From: a virus
Length of the DNA stretch: 64,000 bases
IMG/VR virus record: IMGVR_UViG_3300029319_000004
Coordinates: 1 to 64,000 of that record
Reading direction: 5' to 3' (one strand)
The position numbers and the translations under genes are program-made. Below, piece after piece: positions 33,365 through 42,476 of the stretch. Numbering within the stretch: the stretch's first letter is position 1; the number at the start of each line of letters is the position of its first letter. Below the pieces are notes generated by a model. The model was given only the letters and a program-made list of their open reading frames with translations, had not been told where the DNA came from and searched no databases.

Positions 33365-34000
33365 ATGAATGAACGATGGAGTCTGTGGCAAAGAAACGTA
33401 ATTGATCGTTTTAAAAACATGCCAGACGAAGAAATCAAAAAAGAGCTACAACGCACTGCACATCCTGTTGCTGTATGTATGGAACAATGGCAAGGCGACT
33501 TTAATATCAGCACGCTAATCCGAAACGCCAATGCCTTTAACGTTGAAAAAGTGTTTTACTTTGGCAGAAGACGATACGATCGTCGAGGTACAGTCGGTAC
33601 TCACAACTATACAGATATTCAGTTTCTTGATGGTGGATACGACCAGTTAGAGACACTAAAAAATCAATATACATTTGTAGGCGTCGATAACAACGTATCT
33701 CAGAAAACCTTTAAATTAGGCGAGTTTGATTGGAATACACTATCAAAACCACCGTTGATGATCTTCGGTGAGGAAGGCACTGGATTGACACAACAAGCTA
33801 TTCAAATGTGTCATATTCTATTAGAAATTCCTCAATATGGGTCTGTTCGCAGTCTGAATGTTGGCACAAGTTCTGGAATACTCTTATATGACTACGTGAA
33901 CTATCTAAAAAATTCCACAAATCAACATATGTTGCGGACAATGAAATATGATGAAACCTGTAGTGGACAGAATGAATCATGCCAACTAACTCTCCTTTAG
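33365..34000 (+). CDS. SpoU/TrmH-family RNA 2'-O-methyltransferase
   Basis: NISTLIRNANAF (motif 1), IFGEEGTGL (motif 2), IPQYGSVRSLNVGTSSGILLY (motif 3). Confidence 0.9.
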   Translation: MNERWSLWQRNVIDRFKNMPDEEIKKELQRTAHPVAVCMEQWQGDFNISTLIRNANAFNVEKVFYFGRRRYDRRGTVGTHNYTDIQFLDGGYDQLETLKNQYTFVGVDNNVSQKTFKLGEFDWNTLSKPPLMIFGEEGTGLTQQAIQMCHILLEIPQYGSVRSLNVGTSSGILLYDYVNYLKNSTNQHMLRTMKYDETCSGQNESCQLTLL

Positions 34001-34595
34001 AGTTTAATATTGGTGATCCCGACGCACCTCCTACTGTCGGTATGCTATAATGTGCATGCCCTTGGGTGTTTCCAAAAAAATGTCCCGTAAATAAAGGAAC
34101 CATGTTTCCATCTGAAATACCCATTGGGCTAGCTATATTATATACTTTTTCTCCATATTCTGGTCTTTTTGTCGACATAGGGATATGAGGAAGATCTAAA
34201 TTCTTTGACTTAAGAAGGCAAACATCAACATCTTTATTAGATTTTAATATACTAGCATGTCTGCTTTTTCCCTCTCTGTCAATAATTTTTAAAAATACAT
34301 GGCCACCTTGGCTTTTTATTCTTTTTTCGAACTCTCCTAAGTTGCAAACGTGCGCAGCAGTTAAAACAACTTTTTTATTTCCGTAAAGAACAACCGATCC
34401 AGAGCCAACTGAAAAAACTTCAGGCTCGATGCATGTTTGTTTTTCTTCATTGCACACACCAACCCAAGTTTCTACCTTAACAAAAGCTTTTCTTGCTGTT
34501 CTAATATTTGTTAGTATGGTTGTTTGACTTGCGCAACTATTTAATATGAAGCTAAGTAAAAATACTATTATTAACAGTAATAACTTGATGCGCAT
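33798..34595 (-). CDS. trypsin-like serine protease lipoprotein
   Basis: LTAAHV (His), DVCLL (Asp), GGASGSP (Ser); lipobox LNS-C after ATG 34595. Confidence 0.85.
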   Translation of the reverse strand: MRIKLLLLIIVFLLSFILNSCASQTTILTNIRTARKAFVKVETWVGVCNEEKQTCIEPEVFSVGSGSVVLYGNKKVVLTAAHVCNLGEFEKRIKSQGGHVFLKIIDREGKSRHASILKSNKDVDVCLLKSKNLDLPHIPMSTKRPEYGEKVYNIASPMGISDGNMVPLFTGHFFGNTQGHAHYSIPTVGGASGSPILNSKGELVGMIHSVHYRFHHISLSATYVDLWNFLDSSRSHIRVFQNLCQHSDCEQTHIEEFLIEYDTFE

Positions 34596-34631
34596 AACAC
34601 AAGTAACTAGTAAAAGCATAAAGAGTAAAGT

Positions 34632-35942
34632 ATGAAAAAAACATATGTCCTTGATACTAACGTATTTTTGACGAACGCAAATTCAGTATTTGAATTTAAA
34701 AATAATGATATTGTAGTCCCGTTAAAAGTACTAGATGAAATTGATAAACACAAGAAAAGACAAGATGGCGTTGGTCTCAACGCTAGAAAAATAATAAGAA
34801 TATTAGACAACTTACGAAGCAAAGGTAATCTTCATAGAGGTGTTAGAATGGGAAGGGGGATGGGCATTTTATCCGTTAGAGGATATGATGTAGAAGATCT
34901 TCCACAAGGCTGTGATCTTGAAAGCGCAGACAATGAAATTATCACAACTGCGATTACAGAACACAAAAAAAATAAAAAAAGAAAAGTAATTGTTGTAACT
35001 CGTGATATTAATATGCGAGTTAAATGTGACTCTCTTGGTGTTCCAACTGAAGATTATGTTCCTAATCGAGTTGTCGAAGACGAAAGTAAATTATATTCAG
35101 GTTTTGTAAAACATTTAGTTGACGATCAGCTAATTGATCAGTTTTATGAAGGAGAAGAGATTATATTAGAAAAAGAAGATGGTAAGTTTTCTTCTAATGA
35201 ATTTGTGATGCTAGTGTCCAATAGTAATGATAAAAAAACAGCACTTGCTCGTTTTATAAATTACTCTTCACCGCTTAAAAAAATAAGAGATTATAAAGGC
35301 AAAGGACCATGGGGCCTTAATCCAAGAAATAAGGAACAAATGTTTGCGTTTGATCTTTTAATGGATGAGAATGTTCCAATAATAACTCTTATAGGAAAAG
35401 CCGGCTGTGGAAAAACTCTGCTAGCAATAGCTGCAGGCTTGGAGCAAGTTTTAGAAAAAGATATATATAAAAAGCTAGTTGTATCGCGACCTGTTCAGCC
35501 ACTAGGAAAAGATATTGGTTACTTACCTGGTACAATGGAAGAGAAGATGCGCCCTTGGCTTATGCCAATTCAGGACAACTTAGACTTTCTTATGAATGGT
35601 AAAAAAAGCAATATGGATATGTTTTTTGAAAATGGAACAATTCAAGTTGAAGCTTTAACTTATATAAGAGGTCGCTCAATTTCTAATGCGTTTATTATAA
35701 TTGATGAAGCACAAAATTTAACAATGCACGAATTAAAGACTATAATCACTAGAGTAGGAGAAAATACAAAAATTATTTTAACAGGTGACATCGAACAGAT
35801 TGATAGTGTTTACTTAGATGCAACTTCAAATGGTCTCTCTTACGCTGTAGAAAAATTTAAACCACACGAGATATCTGGCCATGTTACGCTTGTTAAAGGT
35901 GAAAGATCAAAAGTTGCAACGCTAGCTTCAAAGGTATTATAA
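34632..35942 (+). CDS. phoH: PIN-PhoH (PhoH2/YlaK-like) RNase-ATPase
   Basis: YVLDTNVFL...VLDEID (PIN); GKAGCGKT (Walker A); IRGRS, IIIDEAQN, GDIEQID. Confidence 0.9.
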   Translation: MKKTYVLDTNVFLTNANSVFEFKNNDIVVPLKVLDEIDKHKKRQDGVGLNARKIIRILDNLRSKGNLHRGVRMGRGMGILSVRGYDVEDLPQGCDLESADNEIITTAITEHKKNKKRKVIVVTRDINMRVKCDSLGVPTEDYVPNRVVEDESKLYSGFVKHLVDDQLIDQFYEGEEIILEKEDGKFSSNEFVMLVSNSNDKKTALARFINYSSPLKKIRDYKGKGPWGLNPRNKEQMFAFDLLMDENVPIITLIGKAGCGKTLLAIAAGLEQVLEKDIYKKLVVSRPVQPLGKDIGYLPGTMEEKMRPWLMPIQDNLDFLMNGKKSNMDMFFENGTIQVEALTYIRGRSISNAFIIIDEAQNLTMHELKTIITRVGENTKIILTGDIEQIDSVYLDATSNGLSYAVEKFKPHEISGHVTLVKGERSKVATLASKVL

Positions 35943-36232
35943 TGGAAACAATAAGTGCAAAAGAATTTGATAGAAACCCTAACCTCCCCTCTGTCGTAGA
36001 GCCCGATAACGATTTAAAAAATTTTTTAGTAGAATATACTGGAGAAACTTTAGATCCAAGCGATAGTCAGGTCACAGTAGAGATGATCGTTGAAGTCATG
36101 GCCAAAGAATTTCCAGAGTTTGTGTTGGCTTTGGCCGAAGAAAATTGGGTGCGTGGCTATCAACAAGCTCTAGACGATGTTGACACTGGTAGAAGCATGC
36201 TTGAAGGTGCCAACAATGATAAACAAGAGTAA
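35942..36232 (+). CDS. hypothetical protein
   Basis: TAATG coupling. Confidence 0.6.
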   Translation: METISAKEFDRNPNLPSVVEPDNDLKNFLVEYTGETLDPSDSQVTVEMIVEVMAKEFPEFVLALAEENWVRGYQQALDDVDTGRSMLEGANNDKQE

Positions 36233-36920
36233 AATAAAAAGCTATATAAAGTCCCGTCGAAACAACATGGATCAGAAACTAATCAATGGCGTGTACGTCA
36301 TGATTAAGGATCCATTGCCGAAGAATGTATCAATTGACGATAGTATTTTAAAAATTACCAAACGCTTGCCAGATCATTTTTTACGGCTAGTTGATGTGAT
36401 TTACGTTGGAGATTTTGAATTTCTTAAAGAAAAAAATGCTAATGCAACATTTTTAGAAAACGCGATTTACATCACAAACGATCAAGATGATCAAAATGAT
36501 ATGCTAGACGATATTTTTCATGAGTTTGCACATGCTGTAGAGAAAGTAAACGAATATGAGATATATTCAGATGGGTCGATCGAAAGTGAGTTCTTAAGCA
36601 AAAGACACAAGCTAGAAGTTTTGCTAAACTACCAGGGTCTCAAAACAGATCAGTACAATTTTTCTAATCCTAATTTTGATGCAAATTTAGATAATTTTTT
36701 GTATAGAGAAGTAGGATATGAAAAGATACGAAACATTAGCTCAAATATGTTTTTAGGCGCTTACAGCGTAACATCGCTTTCTGAGTATTTTGCTACAAGT
36801 TTTGAAAATTACTATTTAAATGATAGAAAAATGGTGAAATTGATTACTCCAGCTGTTTTTAGAAAGTTGGAAATGTTAAACAAAAACGAGGAAAAAAATG
36901 AAACACAAAATTACTATTGA
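36216..36920 (+). CDS. zincin-like metallopeptidase
   Basis: FHEFAHAVE and downstream SEYFATSFE. Confidence 0.6.
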   Translation: MINKSKIKSYIKSRRNNMDQKLINGVYVMIKDPLPKNVSIDDSILKITKRLPDHFLRLVDVIYVGDFEFLKEKNANATFLENAIYITNDQDDQNDMLDDIFHEFAHAVEKVNEYEIYSDGSIESEFLSKRHKLEVLLNYQGLKTDQYNFSNPNFDANLDNFLYREVGYEKIRNISSNMFLGAYSVTSLSEYFATSFENYYLNDRKMVKLITPAVFRKLEMLNKNEEKNETQNYY

Positions 36921-37257
36921 CAAAGAAAATAAAGTGCTTAAATTAAAAGTTACTATACCTAAAAAAAAATATCACAAAGATCCTAACATCTCTGACATTC
37001 GGTTTGAAGCTAAAGAAGCTTGGGACCTTGTCAAAGGTAAAAAAATAGAAGGCTATGTTGTAGAGTTTGCACAATCTTTAGTACAATTAGATAATTTTGC
37101 TCTTTTTCGTCATGAAGGAGAATTTGTTTTTCCCTTGAGAGAGTTGCCAAAAAAGACAGTTGCTTCTGCCAAGAAACCACTTGCTAAGAGAAACACTACA
37201 AAAAAGCCAAGAAGACCAAGAAAAGCTTCTAACAAGGCTGAGAATGCAAAAAACTAG
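36898..37257 (+). CDS. hypothetical protein with basic tail
   Basis: GAGG RBS; overlaps both neighbours. Confidence 0.55.
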   Translation: MKHKITIDKENKVLKLKVTIPKKKYHKDPNISDIRFEAKEAWDLVKGKKIEGYVVEFAQSLVQLDNFALFRHEGEFVFPLRELPKKTVASAKKPLAKRNTTKKPRRPRKASNKAENAKN

Positions 37258-38035
37258 AAATCACATTTCTTTTTCTGAAATAAAAATTTGGCAAGAGTGC
37301 CCGCACAAACACAAGTTATACTATATTGATGGCTTAAGAGTGTTCAAGGGCAACGAATATACTGCTTTTGGAAAAGCACTTCATGCAGTAAGCGAAAACT
37401 TTCTTGTCAAAGAAATGCAGCAAAGTCCTTCGGATTTTTTTGAAGCTGAGTTTTTAAATGAGCTTAAGGCCCTAAGCCAGGATGCTCCTGAATTAGAGCT
37501 TCGACCCACTCTTGTTAAGGAAATGCGTATACAAGGTAAAGATCTTGCGCCACTTATTAAGCCAGCTCTTGACAAGTACTTTGGTAAGTGTGAAATTTTT
37601 TCTGTTGAAGAAGAGATTTTACAAGAACTTCAGCAAAAAACTAATTTTAAAGGCTATATTGACCTGGTCGTGAAGAAAGAAGATCATTATTATATTATTG
37701 ATTGGAAGACTTGTAGTTGGGGATGGGACGCAAAAAGACGTTCTGATAAGATGACAACGTACCAGCTAGCATACTACAAGCACTTCTTTTGCGAAAAGCA
37801 CAATATTCCACTAGAAAATGTCTCTGTGTGCTTTGGTCTTCTTAAAAGAACTGCTAAAAAAGATAGAGCTGAAATATTTGAAATTTCTTGTGGCCCTAAA
37901 AAAATTAAAAATGCGCTTAAATTAATGGATACTGCGCTTTATAATATTAACAAACAAACTTTTGTTAAGAATAGACTCTCTTGCCATGGGAAGTTTGGTC
38001 AATGCGAGTTTTACAAAACAAACCACTGTAGGTAA
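37244..38035 (+). CDS. Cas4/AddB-like PD-(D/E)XK exonuclease with Fe-S cysteines
   Basis: ISFSE..WQECPHK; KGYIDLV...IIDWKT; QLAYY; C-terminal C-x6-C-x7-C. Confidence 0.8.
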   Translation: MQKTRNHISFSEIKIWQECPHKHKLYYIDGLRVFKGNEYTAFGKALHAVSENFLVKEMQQSPSDFFEAEFLNELKALSQDAPELELRPTLVKEMRIQGKDLAPLIKPALDKYFGKCEIFSVEEEILQELQQKTNFKGYIDLVVKKEDHYYIIDWKTCSWGWDAKRRSDKMTTYQLAYYKHFFCEKHNIPLENVSVCFGLLKRTAKKDRAEIFEISCGPKKIKNALKLMDTALYNINKQTFVKNRLSCHGKFGQCEFYKTNHCR

Positions 38036-38038
38036 TTT

Positions 38039-39295
38039 ATGAAAAAGATAAAGCTTTTGGTCTTATCAGACCATATGTTCTCTCCTTCTGGAGTAGGTAC
38101 TCAGACTAGGTATATGGTTGAAAGTCTTCTGGATACAGGTGACTATAGTGTCAGATATCTAGGCGGCGCTATAGGTCACAAGGAGTACGTTCCTCAGAAA
38201 ACTGATAAGTATGGTGATGACCTTATTATCTATCCTGTTGACGGATATGGTACGCCAGAGATTGTTAGATCTATATTACGCACGGAAAAACCAGATATTG
38301 TATGGTTTATGACAGATCCAAGATTTTGGGGTTGGCTGTGGGAAATGGAAGATGAAATTAGATCTTTAGTTCCAATGGTATATTATCATGTATGGGACAA
38401 TTATCCATATCCAGATTATAATGAACCTTTTTATTCTTCAAATGATGTAATTGCTGCCATATCAAAAGTTACTTATGATATTGTACAGAATGTTTCTCCC
38501 AGTGTTGAATCTCATTATATTCCTCATGCTGTAAATCCTGAAGTGTTTTTTCCAATGGATGAAGATGCTATTTTAAATTTTAAGAAAGAGCACATGGCAG
38601 ACGCAGAAAATAAGTTCATTGTTTTTTGGAATAACCGAAATGCTAGGCGAAAAATGCCTGGCAGTTTAATTTATTATTTTAGTAAATTTTTAGATAAGGT
38701 TGGTAGAGACAAAGCTCAGCTTATAATGCATACGGATCCATTTGACCAGCATGGTCCAAATTTAGAGGCGCTCCTGCATAAGTTTAATTTAATTAATGGA
38801 GAGGTAAAGTTATCCTCTGCTAAAGTAGAGCCTCAGCAGCTAGCTATGATGTATAATGTTGCAGATGTAACCATAAATATCTCAGACGCTGAGGGTTTTG
38901 GGCTATCAACGTTGGAATCTTTATCTTGTGGCACTCCAATCATTGTAAACATGACAGGCGGCTTGCAAGAACAGGTTACTGATGGAGATAACTGGTTTGG
39001 ATATGGAATAGAGCCAAACGCAAAAGCTATAATTGGATCACAAGATATACCTTATATCTTTGAAGATAGAGTTAACGAAGAAGATGTTGTTAATGCGCTT
39101 GTGCAAGCTTACGAAAACAAAGATCTTAAAAAAATGGGATCCGATGGACGACAGCATGTTGTTGAAAATTATGGTTTTGATAAGTTTTGCAAATCTTGGG
39201 ATGGTCTTCTTCGATCCGTTCATGATAGATATGGTTCTTGGGATACGAGAAATCATTATAATAGATGGGAATTTTTAGAGGTTAATAATGACTAA
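38039..39295 (+). CDS. GT4 (GT-B) glycosyltransferase
   Basis: SGVGTQ; NRNARRK; SDAEGFGLSTLESLSCGTPII. Confidence 0.85.
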   Translation: MKKIKLLVLSDHMFSPSGVGTQTRYMVESLLDTGDYSVRYLGGAIGHKEYVPQKTDKYGDDLIIYPVDGYGTPEIVRSILRTEKPDIVWFMTDPRFWGWLWEMEDEIRSLVPMVYYHVWDNYPYPDYNEPFYSSNDVIAAISKVTYDIVQNVSPSVESHYIPHAVNPEVFFPMDEDAILNFKKEHMADAENKFIVFWNNRNARRKMPGSLIYYFSKFLDKVGRDKAQLIMHTDPFDQHGPNLEALLHKFNLINGEVKLSSAKVEPQQLAMMYNVADVTINISDAEGFGLSTLESLSCGTPIIVNMTGGLQEQVTDGDNWFGYGIEPNAKAIIGSQDIPYIFEDRVNEEDVVNALVQAYENKDLKKMGSDGRQHVVENYGFDKFCKSWDGLLRSVHDRYGSWDTRNHYNRWEFLEVNND

Positions 39296-40544
39296 AAAGA
39301 AAGTTTTACTAAGATCGCCGCTCTTAACTCAATCCGGCTATGGAGAGCACGGAAGATTTGTTTTAAGATCTCTTCGAACAAGAGAAGATTTTTTTGATAT
39401 TTATCTTCATGCAACTGACTGGGGCAAGACTAGTTGGCGATGGGAAGATAGCGAAGAAAGAAATTTTATTGATGAGACTCTTCAAAAAACCATGAAATAC
39501 TCTCATGAACACGAAGGTAAGCCAGAATTCGATGCAACTATCCAAGTTACTATTCCAAATGAATGGGAGCCTGTTGCACCGATTAATATCGGAGTTACTG
39601 CCGGAATTGAAACTACAAAGCCTGCGCCTGTTTGGATTGAGCGTGGTAATTTCATGAACAGAATAATCACTGTCTCAGAACATTCGAAACAAGTTCATGA
39701 AAATGCCTCATATGAGGGAGCTAATCGTTTAACAGGCGAAGCAATGGTTTTAAAAAATACAACTGATATTGATGTTGTACACTATCCAGTAAAAACCAGA
39801 GATATTGATCCTGTTAATTTAGAACTTACAACAGATTTTAATTTTCTATCTGTTCAAATGATGGCGCCTAGAAAAAATACTGAACAATTGCTTCATGCTT
39901 TTTATCAACAATTTAAAGATGAAGATAATGTTGGTTTTATATTAAAGACTAACATTATGAAAAATTCTATTATTGATCGTCGTGCAACACTTAACAATCT
40001 TAAATCAATTTCAAAAGCTTATCCTGGTGCAAAATGTAAATTATATTTAGTTCATGGATTTATGACAGATAAGGAATTGAACGCCTTATATACTCATCCA
40101 AAAGTTAAAGCGTATATTACGTCAACGCATGGTGAGGGGTTTGGTTTGCCTCTTTTTGAAGCTGCATATAACGCTTTGCCTGTTATCGCTCCTAATTGGA
40201 GCGGTCATGTTGATTTTCTTTACAAGCCTACCAAACAAAAAAAAGGCAAGGTAAAAAACAAAGCTATGTTTTCAAAAATTAGCTACACTCTTGGATCAGT
40301 TAAACAAAAAAAATGGGCAGAATGGCCAAGCGTTATTGAGCCTGATTCTATGTGGGCTTATCCTGAAATGGGTTCGATTAAGATGTGTATGGATGAAGTA
40401 TACAAAGACCATGGTCGTTTTAAAAAACAAGCAAAAACACTTCAGTCATGGATTCTTGATGAATTTACTGAAGAAAAACAATATAATAAAATGATTGAAA
40501 GTATTATGAAATGTTTTGATCAAGAAGGAGAAAACAATGAATGA
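39288..40544 (+). CDS. GT4 (GT-B) glycosyltransferase
   Basis: SGYGEH; PRKN; THGEGFGLPLFEAAYNALPVI. Confidence 0.85.
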   Translation: MTKKKVLLRSPLLTQSGYGEHGRFVLRSLRTREDFFDIYLHATDWGKTSWRWEDSEERNFIDETLQKTMKYSHEHEGKPEFDATIQVTIPNEWEPVAPINIGVTAGIETTKPAPVWIERGNFMNRIITVSEHSKQVHENASYEGANRLTGEAMVLKNTTDIDVVHYPVKTRDIDPVNLELTTDFNFLSVQMMAPRKNTEQLLHAFYQQFKDEDNVGFILKTNIMKNSIIDRRATLNNLKSISKAYPGAKCKLYLVHGFMTDKELNALYTHPKVKAYITSTHGEGFGLPLFEAAYNALPVIAPNWSGHVDFLYKPTKQKKGKVKNKAMFSKISYTLGSVKQKKWAEWPSVIEPDSMWAYPEMGSIKMCMDEVYKDHGRFKKQAKTLQSWILDEFTEEKQYNKMIESIMKCFDQEGENNE

Positions 40545-40749
40545 AGTTAAAAGAGAGTTTAAGCTTTCAAATGAAGCTTTGGGAAGTTTAATGATGGCCC
40601 TTCAAAAATCTTTATTAGAACAAAGTGATATTGTTCCAGTGCTTCAAGGATTTAAATTTAGAGCAAGTGAAAATTTTGAGCTTTTTATTATGAATCCTCC
40701 AATTGTTAAGTTTGAAGATGAGGATTCTTATACAGAGAGCGAAGATTAA
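40537..40749 (+). CDS. hypothetical protein
   Basis: AAGGAG RBS; ATG 40537 chosen. Confidence 0.55.
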   Translation: MNEVKREFKLSNEALGSLMMALQKSLLEQSDIVPVLQGFKFRASENFELFIMNPPIVKFEDEDSYTESED

Positions 40750-40750
40750 A

Positions 40751-40921
40751 ATGATTGATCTAAATAAGCAAGAGATTTGTGTATTGTCGAATTACTTAAA
40801 AAGAAATCTTCGTTATTTTTTTGAAAATAATTCTGAAAGACAATTTTGGAATGATGCTTATAACATTGATGAGCTAGAAACAATTCTAAAAAAATTAGAA
40901 AATGCCAAAGTACACATATAA
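40751..40921 (+). CDS. small hypothetical protein
   Basis: ATG 1 nt after the upstream stop. Confidence 0.45.
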   Translation: MIDLNKQEICVLSNYLKRNLRYFFENNSERQFWNDAYNIDELETILKKLENAKVHI

Positions 40922-41159
40922 ATGCACTAATTGTCAAGAAGTTATAGCTAGATACCACAGTTTTTCTGAGCGCTTAGTAGACTGTCCAGTGTGCAGTACA
41001 GAAGATTGTTTAAAAAGATTACCTTCAAACTTTTTGACAGATAAGCAAGACGATAAGCCTATCGTAGTAGGAAATATTGTTAAAGAATTTATTAATGAAA
41101 CAAAAGAAGCGCTTGAAGAGCAAAAGGAAAATTTAAGAAGTGATTGGAACAACGAGTAG
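40902..41159 (+). CDS. FmdB-family zinc-ribbon protein
   Basis: MPKYTYKCTNC...CPVC. Confidence 0.8.
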   Translation: MPKYTYKCTNCQEVIARYHSFSERLVDCPVCSTEDCLKRLPSNFLTDKQDDKPIVVGNIVKEFINETKEALEEQKENLRSDWNNE

Positions 41160-41535
41160 AATATTAATATTTTTATCTGTTATCTTAAATGGAGTTTTGT
41201 TGTCATTTCTTTTTGGATTGGTGCCTTTCTTATTGTATGTAAGCGCAGTAATAAATCTAATTCTTTTGTGGTATGTAAAAAATGTTTTAAGTCAGACTGA
41301 AGCTGTACAAGATAATGTTTTAGAGATATTCGAAAAACTAGATGTATTTTCTGAGCACTTAGAGCAAGTTCATGCTATGGAGATGTTTTATGGCGAGCCT
41401 ATTCTTCAAGATCTCATAAATCATTCAAAACAACTAATAAATGATATTGTTGATATTCAGCAGCAGTATTACGATATTGATCAGGGATTGGAAGAGGAAT
41501 ATGACACAGAAGAAGACTCGCAGGAAAAAGAGTAA
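41140..41535 (+). CDS. membrane protein with coiled coil
   Basis: Two hydrophobic N-terminal segments. Confidence 0.55.
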   Translation: MIGTTSRILIFLSVILNGVLLSFLFGLVPFLLYVSAVINLILLWYVKNVLSQTEAVQDNVLEIFEKLDVFSEHLEQVHAMEMFYGEPILQDLINHSKQLINDIVDIQQQYYDIDQGLEEEYDTEEDSQEKE

Positions 41536-42196
41536 AAATCAGTATTTTACGAAAGTTCATGAAGAGGCGATCATCAAATATGCCCTCACTGATAGTCGTG
41601 CTATAAGATCAGAACTGTATGTTACATTGATAGGTCCAGCTTTTGATGAGCTTGTTGACAAAATAGTGTTTACTTACAAGTTTACAAATTTACCAAACAT
41701 AGATTATCTTAAGGACGATTGCAAAATTTGGCTTATGACTATTTTGGATAAATATGACCCTAATAGAAAATCAAAAGCTTTTTCTTATTTTAGCGTGATC
41801 ACAAAAAATTGGTTTATTCATAAAGTAAAACAAAACTCTAAGCAGCTAAAAAGAGATGTTAACTTAGATGATGCTGATAAAGATATAGAAAACTCCCTTG
41901 TAACTTATAATGGTTATGAAAACAACAGAGAAAATTTTGAGTTCTGGTCTCATCTTTTTGGAGAAATAGAGCAGTGGGAAAAGCTAAAACTAAAAGACAA
42001 TGAAAAAAAAGTTTTAGACGCTATTAAGATTTTGTTCGATAGTATTGATGAGATAGAAATTTTCAATAAAAAAGCTATTTACTTGTACATGAGAGAGATA
42101 ACTGGTTTAAACACTAAGCAGATAGTTAGTAATTTGAACAGGATAAGAAAAAGATATAGGGCGTTTAAAAAAGAATGGGAAAAGGGAAACATATAA
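41501..42196 (+). CDS. gp55-like / divergent phage sigma factor
   Basis: YFTKVHEEAIIKY...LDKYDPNRKSKAFSYFSVITKNWFI resembles sigma region 2; C-terminal REITGLNTKQIVSNLNRIR helix pair; GAGG RBS before ATG 41501. Confidence 0.65.
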   Translation: MTQKKTRRKKSKNQYFTKVHEEAIIKYALTDSRAIRSELYVTLIGPAFDELVDKIVFTYKFTNLPNIDYLKDDCKIWLMTILDKYDPNRKSKAFSYFSVITKNWFIHKVKQNSKQLKRDVNLDDADKDIENSLVTYNGYENNRENFEFWSHLFGEIEQWEKLKLKDNEKKVLDAIKILFDSIDEIEIFNKKAIYLYMREITGLNTKQIVSNLNRIRKRYRAFKKEWEKGNI

Positions 42197-42474
42197 CTTC
42201 TGAAGAGTTTGTTAACAAGGCTATAGAGAATATTGAAAATGACAGAGCTTTAGCCACCGACTTACTGATACACCTAACAAGCTATATGAAGGCTTCCGAA
42301 GAACGACACTCTAGTTGTGGAGTTGTCGCTGCTAAATACCTTGAAACTTTACAAAGATCAAACGAACAACTAGTTAAGCTAGCTTCTTTACTCAACAGGA
42401 AAGAAACATCGCCTAAAGCTGGGTTGTCGACAATGGAAAAATCAGATATCTACGACTTAATAAATAAGGAGTAG
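42175..42474 (+). CDS. hypothetical helical protein
   Basis: Contiguous with the operon. Confidence 0.55.
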   Translation: MGKGKHITSEEFVNKAIENIENDRALATDLLIHLTSYMKASEERHSSCGVVAAKYLETLQRSNEQLVKLASLLNRKETSPKAGLSTMEKSDIYDLINKE

Positions 42475-42476
42475 TA

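Noticed and set aside
37244-38035. CRISPR-Cas locus
   Set aside because: No repeat-spacer array and no cas1/cas2 were seen; this is a solo Cas4-like nuclease.
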